Origin: Lama guanicoe
Lineage: Eukaryota
Direction of reading: 5' to 3'
Assembly (NCBI GenBank): GCA_013239625.1
Contig: MU054212.1
Coordinates: 372,001-436,000, forward strand
DNA: 64,000 bases
A program made the translations under genes and the position numbers. Under the pieces are notes generated by a model that did not search any database, was not told the origin of the DNA, and saw only the letters and a list, made by a program, of their open reading frames with translations. Below are positions 1-12,570 of this stretch, piece by piece (position 1 is the stretch's first letter; each line of letters starts with the position of its first letter).

Positions 1-1185
1 CCCTCCATTTTTCCTTCTAGAAGTTCTACTGTTTCAGGCCTTACATTTAAGTCTATAATATATTTTGAGTTTATTTTTGTATATGGTGTAAGATAGTGAT
101 CCAGTTTCATTCTTTTGCATGTGGCTGTCCAGTTTTACCAACACCATTCATTGAAGAGATTATCTTTTCCCTGTTGTATATTCTTAGCTTCTACGTCAAA
201 ATTAATTGACCATATACATGTGGGTTTATTTCTGGGCTCTCTACTCTGTCCCATTGATCTATGTGTCTGTTTTATGCCAATTTCATACTATTTTGATTAC
301 TATAACGTTGTAATATAGTTTGAAATCAGGGAACATGATGCCTCCACCTTTGTTCTTCTTAAGACTGCTTTAGCTATTTGGGGTCTTTTGTGATTCCACA
401 CAAATTTTAGGGTTATTCCATTTCCATGAAAAATGCTATTGGAATTTTGATAGAGATTGCATTGATTACTTTGTAGATTACTTTGGGTAGTATGGAGATG
501 TTAACAATTTTAATTCTTCTGATCCATGACCACAGAATATCTTTACATTTATTTGTGTCTTCTTCAATTTCTTTCATCACTGTTTTATAGTTTTCAGTGT
601 ACAGATTTGGCCTCCTTGGTTAAATTTATTCCTAAGTATTTTATTCTTTTTAAAGCAATTGTAAATGGGATCATTTCCTTCATTCTCTTTCTGATGGTTT
701 GTTGTTAGTGTACAGAAACTCAACTGATTTTTGTATCCTGAAACTTTAAGAAATCCATTTATTAATTCTAACAGTTTTTTTGATGGCGTCTTTAGGGTTT
801 TCTATATAATATCATGTCATCTGCATATAAAGACAATTTTCCTTTCTGGCTTTGATGCCTTTTCTTTCTTTTTCTTGCCTTATTGCTCTGGCTAGGAATT
901 CCAGTACTATGTTGAATAGAAGTGTCAAGAGTGGGCATCCTTGTCTTGTTCTTGATCTTAGAAGACAATCTTTTAGACTTTCACTGTAGAGCATGTGTAT
1001 TCTGCTGCTGGATGGAATATTCTATGGCTGTTAGGTCCATCTGGTCTAATGTGGATGGAATGTTCTATACATTCTGTTAGGTTCATTTGATCAAATGTGT
1101 AGTTTAAGTCTAATATTTCTTTCTTGATTTTCTGTCTAGATGATCCATCCACTGTTGAAAGTGGGGCATTGAAGTCCCCTACTGT
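1..1185 (-). mobile_element. Degenerate LINE-1 ORF2 fragment (RT plus endonuclease pieces)
   Basis: Minus-strand peptide [29 protein letters not shown] is an L1 RT motif. 993-1185 gives the VGDFNAPLSTVD-like endonuclease motif. Confidence 0.93.
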
Positions 1186-1430
1186 TTTTTTTCATTAGTG
1201 AGGATGTTGCTGGGAGTGGGATTAAGGTTCAAGGAAAGTAAACCATAAATTGCCAGAACTGAAAAGGAGTTTGAAGAGTATCTAGCCCACAGTGCTTATT
1301 TTACAGATATGGAACCTAATGCTTAGAGAAAAGAATACATTTGCTCAGGTCACCAAGTCAAATAGAGTTTGGTTCAATTCATGTAATATATATTTATTGA
1401 ATGCTTCTTTAGATCTAAAAGTATGGGATC

Positions 1431-1527
1431 TTTTTTTTTTTTAAGTTTCACGGTTTTATTAACAACACAAATACAATGTGCACACGAGCTGTCGATTCAT
1501 TTTCTTCACTGTGCAGCTTGGCATTGG
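1431..1527 (-). pseudogene. RPL32: 5'-truncated processed pseudogene remnant of RPL32
   Basis: Minus strand reads N-A-K-L-H-S-E-E-N-E (cf. RPL32 C-terminus PNARLRSEENE*). The stop is mutated to TCG and is followed by ACAGCTCGTGTGCAC 3' UTR, AATAAA (1455-1460 on -) and a poly(A) tail (1431-1442). Confidence 0.85.
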
Positions 1528-1939
1528 TTTACTGGGGAGAGCACATAGTTGGGTTTTGCATTTTTATCCAATCTGACAATCTCCATGAAACCACTAAATT
1601 CTACCTGGGTAAAACCCCTCTCTTCTCCATGGCCTGGATACTCTCTCCAGGCAAGAAGCTGGAGTGATTGTAGGGCTCACCTTATTTGTTTACTCTCTTA
1701 GAGATTACTGTTCTTTGTTGACTGATGTACAGTGTCTTGAAAACCACTGTTTTACACATTTTGCCCTTGTTTGTTTTGTTTTGTTTTTCCTTTCAGGTGG
1801 TAGGGTAAATCTGATTCTTATAATTCCAACTTGTCTTGAGGCACAAGTCTTAACACTTCACTCTTTTAGTATTATAGACTCCTTCAAGGCTATAACCTAC
1901 AACCTTCTTCAAACAAAAGTTCTTAGGTTACTAGAACCA

Positions 1940-2242
1940 CTTCCCATGGAGAGCTGAAAGTGCCTGTAAGTTTACAAATCCCTGGAGCAGCCAGCAGCCA
2001 GTGACTGGTTCAGGAATATGAAAGCTTAGATCCTTTGAGATAAACTTTTTTGTAATTTATGCTCTAGAGCTCCCTGGGACCACGCTGATGCTGAAATCAT
2101 ACCTTTACTTTTCTTACTCTCCTTTCTAGTCCTGCCTTCCTGACTCCCTTACTAGTTTCATATTGAAGCATATTTCTAATAAATCATTTGTACCTCAACC
2201 CATATTTCAGTGTCGACTTTTGGAGAACACAACCTAAAATTA
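1940..2242 (+). mobile_element. ERVL LTR16-like solo LTR fragment
   Basis: Ends ...aataaatcatttgtacctcaaccc...ggagaacacaacctaaaa, like the LTR16 3' end. Confidence 0.55.
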
Positions 2243-3429
2243 ACCTGCATTTTAAAATTGCTCTTCTGTAAAATGTTTCCTTGATTGGTCTACCTTACTA
2301 TCTTGCTTTTGCTCTCACATTTCTTAAACTGTTCACTTGCCTAAAAGAACTTTAGAATTGAAGTGTGGAGGTGAATAGATATTTACAATATATCCAATCA
2401 AACTCCATCATTTAATAATGAAGCAATTGAGGCTCAGGATGTTAGATAAATAACTAACCCATGTTTCCATACCCTAAGAACAACTGAGGCAAGTTCAAAA
2501 TCAGGTTTTCTGATCCAGGTTTATCCAGGTAAATGTAATCTTGCTCCTAATTTCATTGTGATCAGGTTTTACAAGCTATTGGATAGTATGTTGCAACAGC
2601 AACATATGAATATTGGCAGATATGAATGTTTGTGCAAACTTTTTCTGCAGGTACAAGTTTGTACTTGTACTAGTTTGACTGCCTTCCTCATTTTATGATC
2701 TTTGAACATTAACCCTTATAAAGGGTAAAGTAAGTAAACACGTGCATTTAAAAAAATCTTTTAAATTTAAATCTAAAACCAAAATTCACATCTTCTCTTT
2801 CTCTCCTCTTCTCTCTCTTCCTCTTCCTCTTCCCCACTTCCCATCTTCCCTTTTCCTCCCTCAGTCATAGGCAATGTGAATTTGAAGTAAAAATCACAGA
2901 GTCTTCAATACTGGTGGCCATGATGAACTTTAACAAAGAGAAGAAATGGAGCTACCTCTGGATTCCATATTTTCATCTTTTTCAGTTTATTCGTATTTTG
3001 TAACACATCCTTCAGTAGTTTTTTTAATTTTACTTTCTGGTAGATTTCCTTAAGTTTATCTTCCAACTTCTATTGACTTTATTTCTGTCATTATATTTTT
3101 ACTTTCCAATATCTCTTTTTATTATCCAAAAGTTCTACTTTTAGATAGCCTTCTGTTCTTGTTTCATGTAATCACCATCTTCTCTTATTTCTTTGAAGAA
3201 ATTAACATAATGGATTTTTTAAATTATTATTATTCTGTTCCCAGCATTGACTATTTTCTGTAAGTTCTTTTTATCTACTGGTTTCTTTTTGTCTCTTTGA
3301 TGTTAGATATTCTATATCTTAGAATGAGACATAAAAATGTTTATTTGCAGCTCTAGGTGGAATTTATTTATTTATATTAAGATGATGTTTATTGGTAGGA
3401 GTAACATTAAAGAAGAGTTTTTCATTTTT

Positions 3430-3661
3430 GGTACTACTAACGTTTTAGATAGATAATTATTTTGGGAGGCAGTGAGGTGGGCCATGGAGGATGTGCTGTC
3501 CTGCGCATTGTAAGATATTTAGTAGCATTCCTGGCTCCTATCAACTAGATGCCAGTAGCACACCTCTCCCCTACTTCCCCCAGTTGTTTACAATCAAAAA
3601 CTTCTCCAGACATTTCCAAATGGCCCCTGGAAGCAAAATCATCCCTAGTTAATTACCACTG
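3430..3661. mobile_element. MER20 (hAT-Charlie) DNA transposon
   Basis: ctagatgccagtagcac...ctccagacatttccaaatggcccctgg...accactg matches recalled MER20. Confidence 0.85.
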
Positions 3662-3821
3662 AATTAGGGTGATGAAAGTTTTGAGAATTTCTTGGAGAAG
3701 TTCTCCAGTTTTGGGCTTTTAGAGTAAGGCATATGAACCTGGTTACCAGCATTCAGAAGCTAAGGAGAGGAATGGATCTGGGAATCTCACCAGTTAATAT
3801 AGACACTTTTGACCTAATCTC

Positions 3822-4052
3822 TGTGGTAGGCAGGATAATGGTTTCTCAGAGATGTCCACGTTCTAGTCCTGGGAACCTGTGAATATATTCTGTTACATGG
3901 CAGAGGAGAACTAAGGTTGTAGATAAAATTAAGGTTGAAAATCAGTTGAACTTAAAATGGGGAGATTACCATGGATTATACAGTTGAATTTAAATATAAA
4001 AGAAGGCAGCAGAACCAATGTTAGAATGATGCAATGTAAGAAAGACCTGATT
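3822..4052 (+). mobile_element. MaLR MLT1D/E-like LTR 5' fragment
   Basis: Begins tgtggtaggcaggataatgg...gatgtccacg...gaacctgtgaatat, typical of MLT1. Confidence 0.8.
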
Positions 4053-4241
4053 GAGGGGATGGATACAGCTCAGCAGTAGAGTGCATGCTTAGCATACAGA
4101 AGGTCCTGGGTTCAATCTCCAGTACCTCCTCTACAAATGAATAAATAAACTGAATTACCTCCCTCTACCAAAAAAAAAAAAAAAAAAAAGGAAGGAAAAA
4201 AAAAAAAAAAAAAAAAGAAGGAAGGAAAGAAAAGAAAAGAA
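4053..4241 (+). mobile_element. Camelid tRNA-derived SINE (Vic-1-like) with A-rich tail
   Basis: A box cagctcagcagtaga, B box ggttcaatctcc, then poly(A)/GGAA tail. Confidence 0.88.
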
Positions 4242-4552
4242 ATAATGGAAATAAACATTCATGTTCAATTACCTTGTTTAACTATTTTTATTTTTAGCTG
4301 ACATTTTAGTGGACCCTAACTATGTAATAGATTTTTGGATAGATACTCACATGAATTATATTATTTGAATCTTAAAGTAACCTTAGGTTAGATACTAATT
4401 TCATTCATATTTTATAAATAAAACAGATGCCTGATTCTCATGAAAAAGCTAATAAGGAACAGAATTGGGATGGAACCCAATTTCTGACTTCCAAGCCTAT
4501 TTTCCTAACTGATTATGTAATCTTGCTAATTTTCACAAGTTTCACTCTAGCA

Positions 4553-4746
4553 CAGGGGTCAAATCCAGCCTGACACTTGCTTATAAAATTTTATTGGAAC
4601 ACAGCCACATCCATTCATTGACTATTGTTTATATCTGCTTTTGTGCTACAATGTTAGAGTTGAATAGCTAAAATAGTGAAAATCCGGCCCACAAATCCTA
4701 AAATATTTACTCTCTGATCCTTTATGGAAAGATCTGCTGACTCCTG
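4553..4746 (+). mobile_element. MER58A (hAT-Charlie) with 8-bp TSD
   Basis: Termini caggggtc...gactcctg, internal ttttattggaacacagccac, flanks ctctagca / ctctagaa. Confidence 0.85.
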
Positions 4747-7700
4747 CTCTAGAAAATAACCTTATTACTAAGTTTTGAGGTCATGGTGTCATCAGGTACC
4801 TAAAACTATCGGTCATGGTTAAAAAGGAAAGTCTCTAAACCAATCTCCTTTGTAAAGTCTTTCCCGTACTCAGTCATATTTGCTCCCTTTTCTGTGCTCC
4901 TACCTCAGTTACTCTAATTATAGTACTTAATGCAATTTGATTCATATGAGTTACTAGTTGTGATTCCCCTAGGATCTAGCAAATTCTGCCCCTGAGTAGA
5001 TACTTACTTAATGAGTATTTATTAAATACTTTCTAAGCGTCTGTGCTAGACAGTGGAGATACAAAGATGAATATGGCAACCCGTGATTAATGTATAGTCT
5101 ATTTAATTAGGTACAAACAGAAAAGAAGCTGAGCATGGAGTCTGAGCCTATGTCCCTGTATCAAATGCAGCAAGATCACTGGAAGTACTTGGGTAACATC
5201 CCAGACCTACTGAATCAGAATCTCTGGAGGTGAGGTCTAGTAATCTGTTCTCTTTGTTATGTCTTTGAATTTTACTTAAGCAGGAAAGTTGGAGAATTAC
5301 TCAATCAGTAGATAGGAAACACTGTCTCTAAATGTGTGTTATGAGTAAGAACAAATCTCATACGATCTCCCTTAATACAAACCAATTTCTGTCAAAATGT
5401 GATCATGTGTTGCTCACTTCTTGCATCCACAAGATTAGTAGACATGCTTAACTAAGAACTTAGACATTGTTCCCACCTCTTACTAAACTTCTTTTTTTCC
5501 ACCACTGTAGCCCCGAACCTGACACAGTTCCTAGGACATAGCAGTTATCAAGAATTTGTGTTCAACTGTTGAATATCCAAAGTAAACCTCTCCAAATTGT
5601 ACTAGTATACAGAAATAAGAGTTTTTCCCATTTTAGACTGGAATGGTATGAGGATCATTGAGTACAAGGAAGATAACACACCCAGGTAAATGTTTGGTCA
5701 ACCCACATCTTGTTTTCCTCCTTCTAGAAATGCTCCCTTCAAATATTCTGGGCCACTGCCTTAGGGGAATATCAACCCCTCACCCCCAGACTGAGCTAGA
5801 CCAAGTGGACTAGGGGAAAAGGTCAGGCATTACGGATTCTTCTTCATTGCAGATAATCTCTTTCTGTAGACTTTAGTCTGCATTTTGAAAAGGATTACCT
5901 ACCTTCGAGGATGATAGATACTCAAGTTATTTGCAATAAGAGGCTTATAACAATGGACTCTTGCCGTACCTGACATAGATCTACCCCTCCCACTAGAACT
6001 GTGAATTATTTTGCTGGAGGCTACAACATTCTGAGCAGTTTGCTGGGAGTTGACGGGAGGTGGGGATAACTCACCGGGTACAAGCTTAGCAGAGCTGAGC
6101 CGCTGCAGCTTGTTGGGCTAGCCTTTGATGCAGACTGGTTGGACGGGTTCTGGATCTACAGAAGAACCGGTCTGACTGGCCTGTTGTGCCAACATATTCT
6201 GGTTTGATTCCATGTTCCACAGACGGTAGAAACCTGCCCAGCCAGTTAAATGAAAGGCATATTAGGTTATCCATTGCACACCTTATATAGCTTAGATGCA
6301 GCAGAACTCTTCCACATAGCAGTAGTGTCTAGCAAACTCTAGTGTGGTCCAGAGAGGTGTCTCCCACTGATTTACTGTGTAAGTTTATAGCTTTAGGGAA
6401 AGTCAGCAGTGAAAAACACCTTCTGCTTTTGACCAAGAGCAGAAGTTTTCTAAATAAATTGAAGGGTAAGTTAATATATTTTTTATCTTTCTCAATTTTC
6501 TATGTACTTTTTGAAGGTTAAATTAAGAAATGATGTTTAAGAAGATATCTATTTTTAACATGGTAATACTTGCATTATATCCTTTATACAAAGCTGGTTA
6601 GATGTTGTTTTATAATACTTGCACATATGTTCACTGATTTGTTTAGGTAAAGGTTACTTGGTATATAATACACTTTTGCTATACTTTTTTGTAAGGTGGG
6701 CATGGCTATAGTCATTAAGAAAGCTGGGTTAAAGAATTTTGCTAAATTTATTTTACCTATTGATGTAATGATTCATCTCAAGCCATCTACACCTTTGATA
6801 ATACTATTATGTTTTACAGGCTGTTGCTATATAGTAACATTTTATATCGCAAATCTAATTGTGGATAAAATAATAACTGTCTTTTTAAGGCACACAAAAA
6901 AAGTGCTGGCTTGCTTGGTGATCCTAAGTACATTAGAAGAACAATTCACTGCAAGAAGTGAGGAGTGTGAAAAACAAAGATTGTGGAATCTGGTAACTGA
7001 TTAACTATTGGAGCTCAAAAGCACTTGCTGAGCTGAATAGAAAGGAATGAAGACAGGTTTTATCATGCCTATTAGGTTTGAAAACCTTTTTAGGTGAAAG
7101 AATATTTGGATCTTCCTTTAATTTATATTTTAAAATAATTATTTTACCTCTCTCTTTCATTGATCCAATTAATTTATTTTAAAAATTTGTGTCGTTTAAA
7201 ATGAAAGTTACCAACCCCTTTAGATTTACTTTGACATACCAAACTACCCCCTTAGTTATTAATATTAGACTGAATTGAATGCACACATCTTCTGGGCATT
7301 CAATTTAATATAAAAGCTGACATATGAAATTTACCTGGGAATTAAAATAACTTTTAAAAACAGATTTATACTAAATACTTTCCTTTCAAGGATTATCTGT
7401 AGGCCATCATGACTTGCCTCAAATTGAGCAAGACTGATGCATCCTTTTCATTGTCCCTATAGAGTCCTCACTTTGTCATTTTGTTCAAACTCAAAGGCTA
7501 TAAGAGTTCCTTTAGGATTGTAATAAAGAACTTTTACAAAGTGAGAATAAATGTTCAGATGAGATTTCATTTTTTGCAGGGAAATCTTTTGGATGCTTTT
7601 TAGTCCTACTCCATGGCAATTCTGCATAAAACTTTAGACAATTCAGCTGAATTTCTAAAAAGCTATGTAATGTTGAATCTGCAAAAGGAATGTGCTGATT

Positions 7701-8228
7701 CAGCAAACCAAAAATCAATTTTATTCAGCATTAACTGTATTCTGACAATTTTTGGAGACTGTGGATCAAAATTTTTAGTCGGTTGAATTGTTTTCTTCTC
7801 AATTTTCAGGCTAGATATAGATATATGTCAGTAGAGTATACTTTTAGGGTTTCTGGTAAATATATATATATTTTAAAAATTTAAACCATACTATGTTTAA
7901 TATACAGGGCTTGCTGTTTGAAGATAAACTTAATTCGGGATTCAAACTTATTTATTATGCATTTTTTATGTTTATGGCTCTGAGGAAAGCTATTTAGGAA
8001 CTAGATATATATTTCATATAAAATTTGTGGGTAAAATCTCAAGTCTAACTACATTTTGGAGAGATTCTACAGTTTTCACTTAATAGGATTTTCGGTTTCA
8101 AACATAAGAAAGTCCTTTTAATTTGACTTTTATGTACTTTCCATAAATTGATTCCTCTAAAATATTGATACATTGTGATATTTTTATTAAAATTAAGGAT
8201 ATATGGATTTATCAATCAAATAAGGAGA

Positions 8229-8254
8229 GTGTGTGTGTGTGTGTGTGTGTGTGT
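8229..8254. repeat. (GT)n microsatellite
   Basis: Direct reading. Confidence 0.95.
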
Positions 8255-9509
8255 ATGCATTAATATAGGCGTGTATTATCTGAGTGTCCAGGTCAAAAAG
8301 TGTTCTGGTCATTTAAAAATCTTTTTTTTCCTCTGTCTACTTGGGGATGCATTCCTTTGTCTTTATTTCTGGCCACACAGTTTCACACAATGACTCTTTT
8401 TGTCAACCATGCTAGCTTTCTCAACAACTATAACCTCTCCCCTTCCTGAAAATATTCATGTGTTTCCTACCAAAAGCACTTAGAATCATAACATTTTTGA
8501 GCTAGAAGGACTCTTACAATTACTAATGAATTCAATTTCTCATTTTTTAGTTGAATGAAAAGACCAAAATGTAGCTAAATCACTACTACACAATCTAAGG
8601 GTAAATGTGGGACCATAACATCTCAGCTTCCTGAATACCAGTGTAAACTAATATTTTTTCACTACTCTACATTAACTCTCTAAATAGTACATGAAATCTA
8701 TGTTTTCTGAAGGATTTGTTAAAAAAGTAAAATTGTGTTGTATAAGTTAAGGAGTATTTGCTGAACTAAGAAATTATTTGCTTTTGTATTTTAATCTATA
8801 TAATTATTTCCCCCAAACTTTTTTGATACAGTGGCTGAATTTATGAGGTTGCCATTGGCAGTGAAGGTAACTACTTTTCAAGCCCTAATCTCTTAATGCT
8901 ATCACAAAATATTGCATCAAACTGGTAAGAGTACCTCACATTCCTTCATATTTGCCCAGATTATCTGTGGATCCTGCTGTCATTTTCTGACTTATTATTG
9001 CTTTAAATTGTCTCAATTGTTCATTTTGTTAGTATATTTGTATGTATTTTTGTATTATTTTAGTCACTTTTATGTGGATATAGTTTAAGATTTGCCTAAG
9101 AGGTCAGTACTTCTAAAATTTGGTTAGAACTGACAGGAAAATGTCAATAAAGTTATGAAGACCAGAACTGCAGGTTTCAAAACCCATCTTAGAGGTGATA
9201 GAACCTGTTATTTAAAGAGTGAGATCTTAATACAGTGCTTTGCACACAAGTGCTTTGCACAAGTGCTTTAAATGTTTTTAACTTGAGGAATTCCAAGGAA
9301 ATAAGACCACAGAAAGCTTGAGAACCAAAGGCTCAAAATTTTCAGTTCTGATTCTTGGAGCTAAAAGGTAATTCTCCTAAGCCTCTTATCTTTTCTCAGG
9401 TAAAATCTTACCAGAGGGATGCTTCTAAATTTGGTAAATTTAATCCAGTCCAAGTGGACTCTAGAAAAAAATTACTTCTATTTGTTTCTTCTCTTTACAA
9501 TCAAAAGAA

Positions 9510-9740
9510 ATGGCAGTATATTGAAAAACATATGGGCTTTTGAGCCAAACTAAAATGGGTTTGAATACTGACTCTGCTACAAAGTAGTTTATCTTTGGGA
9601 ATTATTTAATTCTGAGTTCTTTTTTCTCCATCTGTAAATCAAGGAGACTAATACCATTCCCTAAGAGCTGTTGGAAAGATCAAATAAGATATTGTATGTA
9701 AAACACCTAGCAGAGCTTCTAGAACATAGTAGGTACAGCA
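9510..9740 (+). mobile_element. MIR SINE
   Basis: Core gggtttgaatactgactctgctac...ctccatctgtaaa...acatagtagg. Confidence 0.75.
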
Positions 9741-11489
9741 CGTCAATATTCATCCCACCTCTTTAATAGACTATATAATAAATTTCAACAAATACCTTGA
9801 GTAAGAGAAGTGAAAGCTTAATTTAGAACATAGATTTTTTTGTCAGAACTAAAATTAAATCAGCAAACTTGGAAAGCATTAAGATTTAATATTGGAAAAT
9901 ATTTTAATCTTATTAAATTAAAAAAATTAGAAACCCATATAATTGAATCAAATTAAAGAATTGGTTCAAAGAGACCTTTGTTAAACATATTTTGAGAGCA
10001 ATATACTAAGGTGATTAAAAGGCTCAAAGAATTTTTAAAAATTCAAATTTCAATCATCTATACCAAAGGAAGGAATTGTGACATAGCCCAAATTATACCT
10101 TATTTGTGCCTAGTATCTGAGTTTTTCAAAGGCATTTTACATATATTTATATCTATTATTTCATATGACATCAGATTAGTTGGCCAAGGATTTCTATATG
10201 CTCTAAGGATTGTGCTCTTTCTACTGTTTATTGAATTATTTCTTCAGAGCTGTAGAGTATGTTGTTCCTCCAAAAGATTCTCTTCTGAATTAACTTACTG
10301 TAAGTCAATATTAAGTTATATTGCATTATCTTGAGAGGAAATAATGATAGGGTGAGTGAGTCTAAAATGTATTAGATTTAAGAAGTAAGATAGAATAGGA
10401 TTTAACATTTTCTAAAAATAATATTAAATTAGCCTCAGTCTGATAAATTGACTAGGAGATGGAGTCAATGTTCAAAGTTCACACATGAGATGTTTATAAA
10501 ATGTATGGTCAGAAGGGAGTTCAGAATAGTGTGAACAAATATTCTAAGAGCTTACCTAACTAATGTTGGGTCAATTGACACATCTTCTAATGTGTGAAGA
10601 AAGAACAGGAAAGAGGTTATGACTTGATATTAGAACCAACAAATAGATCCACTTATAACACAAACTAATCTTATTGCACTCTTGCAATCAACTTTAATTT
10701 CCTGAAAGATGTTTAATTGCTATACAGATAAGCTTTATGTGAATACTACAATTTGAATTAATATCCACGGTAAGTGCATTCTGGTTTTCTCTTAAATTGA
10801 ATAGCCTGTATGTAGATGATATACCTAAAGATAAAAGTACCACTTCACCAATTTAGCCCACTAATTATACATTCTTATTAAAACTATTAGATACACAACC
10901 AATTTAACTTTATGCTACTATTCATTAAATTAGTATTTAATCTGCATTTAATTTTCATACATTCAGAGGTGATATTACTATAAATAATTAAAAAGAAGGC
11001 AGGGAGTAACAAAATTAAAATATATTTTTAAAATGTTTATATATAAATAGCTAATTTGGATAATATAGGACTAACGACTAAACTTGCTATGCATCAAAAC
11101 TAACTGGGAAATAGAAAACAGTATAGCTCATCATGTTAAACACATATAGTCTTAAAAGTAATCAGAAAATTGTTATCTTAGAAAATTATGTATTAATGAC
11201 AAAGTGAAAATGCAACTTATGGCAAATTTTTATTTCAAAGTTATATCTTAAGTCTACTCTCTTGAAGGTTCTTTGCCTATCCTTTTTATAATGATTTAGA
11301 TTAGGAGTGAGAAACCTTTCCTATATGAGAATATTTTAAATCTAATAAATTTCTAAATGAAACTTGAAACATTAAGAAATACAAGACTGATAACTTTCTA
11401 CAGCTTGCAGTACAATATTTATGGACATGGAACAATAGTACAGAGTTCTGTCATGAGGTCTTCCATAAATAATTTACATTTAACATACA

Positions 11490-11996
11490 TAGATCTTCCT
11501 CAATTTATGATCGGGTTATGTCTTGATAAATCCACTGTAAATTTAAAATGTCATAAGTCAAAAATGCATGTAATGCACCTAACCTACTGAACATCATAGC
11601 TTAGCCTAGTCTACCTTAAATATGCTCAGAACACTTACTTTAGTCTATAGTTTTACAAAATCATCTAACTCAAAGCCTACTTATAATGAAGTGTTGACTA
11701 TCTCATGTAATTTATTGAATACTGTACTGAAAGTGAAAAATAGAATGGTTATATGGGTACAGAATGGTTTAAGTGTACTGGCCATTTATGTTGGTGATTG
11801 CATGGCTGACTGGGAGCTTCGGCTCACTGCAGCTGCCCAGCATCACAAGGGAGCATTGTCCTGCATGTTGCTAGCCTGGGAAAAGATCAAAATTCAGAAT
11901 TCGAAGTATGGTTTCTACTGAATGTGTATGGCTTTTATACCATCATAAAGTCAAAAAATCATTAAGGTCAAACCACCTTAAGTCGAGGACCATATG
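11490..11996. mobile_element. MER47/Tigger5-derived TcMar DNA transposon
   Basis: cacctaacctactgaacatcatagcttagcctag...tcgaagtatggtttctactgaatg...taagtcgaggaccatatg, followed by TA. Confidence 0.85.
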
Positions 11997-12254
11997 TACA
12001 GGTCTAGGTTTGGAGGTCTCCTAATTGAAAGTAGATGAAATACAGTCTGAGATAGAAGGATCATTCACATTTCTGAAAATATTAATCTTTGATCCATCTT
12101 CATTGAATAAGTAATGAATGGTAAATACCATCTACACAGCATTTTAGTGAGCTGTTACATTCTGCTCTAGTAGTGTCCAAGCGCTTGTTTGACAAAATTT
12201 AAAACAAATATATGTTGCTCAGGAACAAGTATACTGTTTTTTAACTCTTTTGAA

Positions 12255-12570
12255 GAGGAAATGGGAAGTGAGGGAAAACAAATATAAGAGTGCACCCAGG
12301 AATTCATCCCCCACTATGGGCAAAAAGGCTCAATCATAGTACCTTCTTAGGAGCCATGAAGCTGCATCAGAATTGCCTGCCAGAAAACATAAGAGAGGAG
12401 CATTTATGCACCAGTTCTGACTTTCAACAGTTAAGGGTTGCCTCACAGGTTGTTAATTTCCTCACACTTTTAGGTTGTATTTCCTTTCCCAAAGGCTTCC
12501 GAGAAGTCCCCAGGTCCGAAAGTCAGGTGAAAGCTGTCAGGAATCCAGTTGCCACTGCAATGACTGGAGC
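12255..12570 (-). mobile_element. LTR16-like ERVL LTR fragment
   Basis: gagcatttatgcaccagttc...aagggttgcctcacaggttgttaatttcctcacactt resembles the LTR16 reverse strand. Confidence 0.5.

Noticed and set aside
4053..4130. tRNA-like A/B boxes (also at 34720-34791 and 43990-44060)
   Set aside because: SINE heads with A-rich tails, not tRNA genes.
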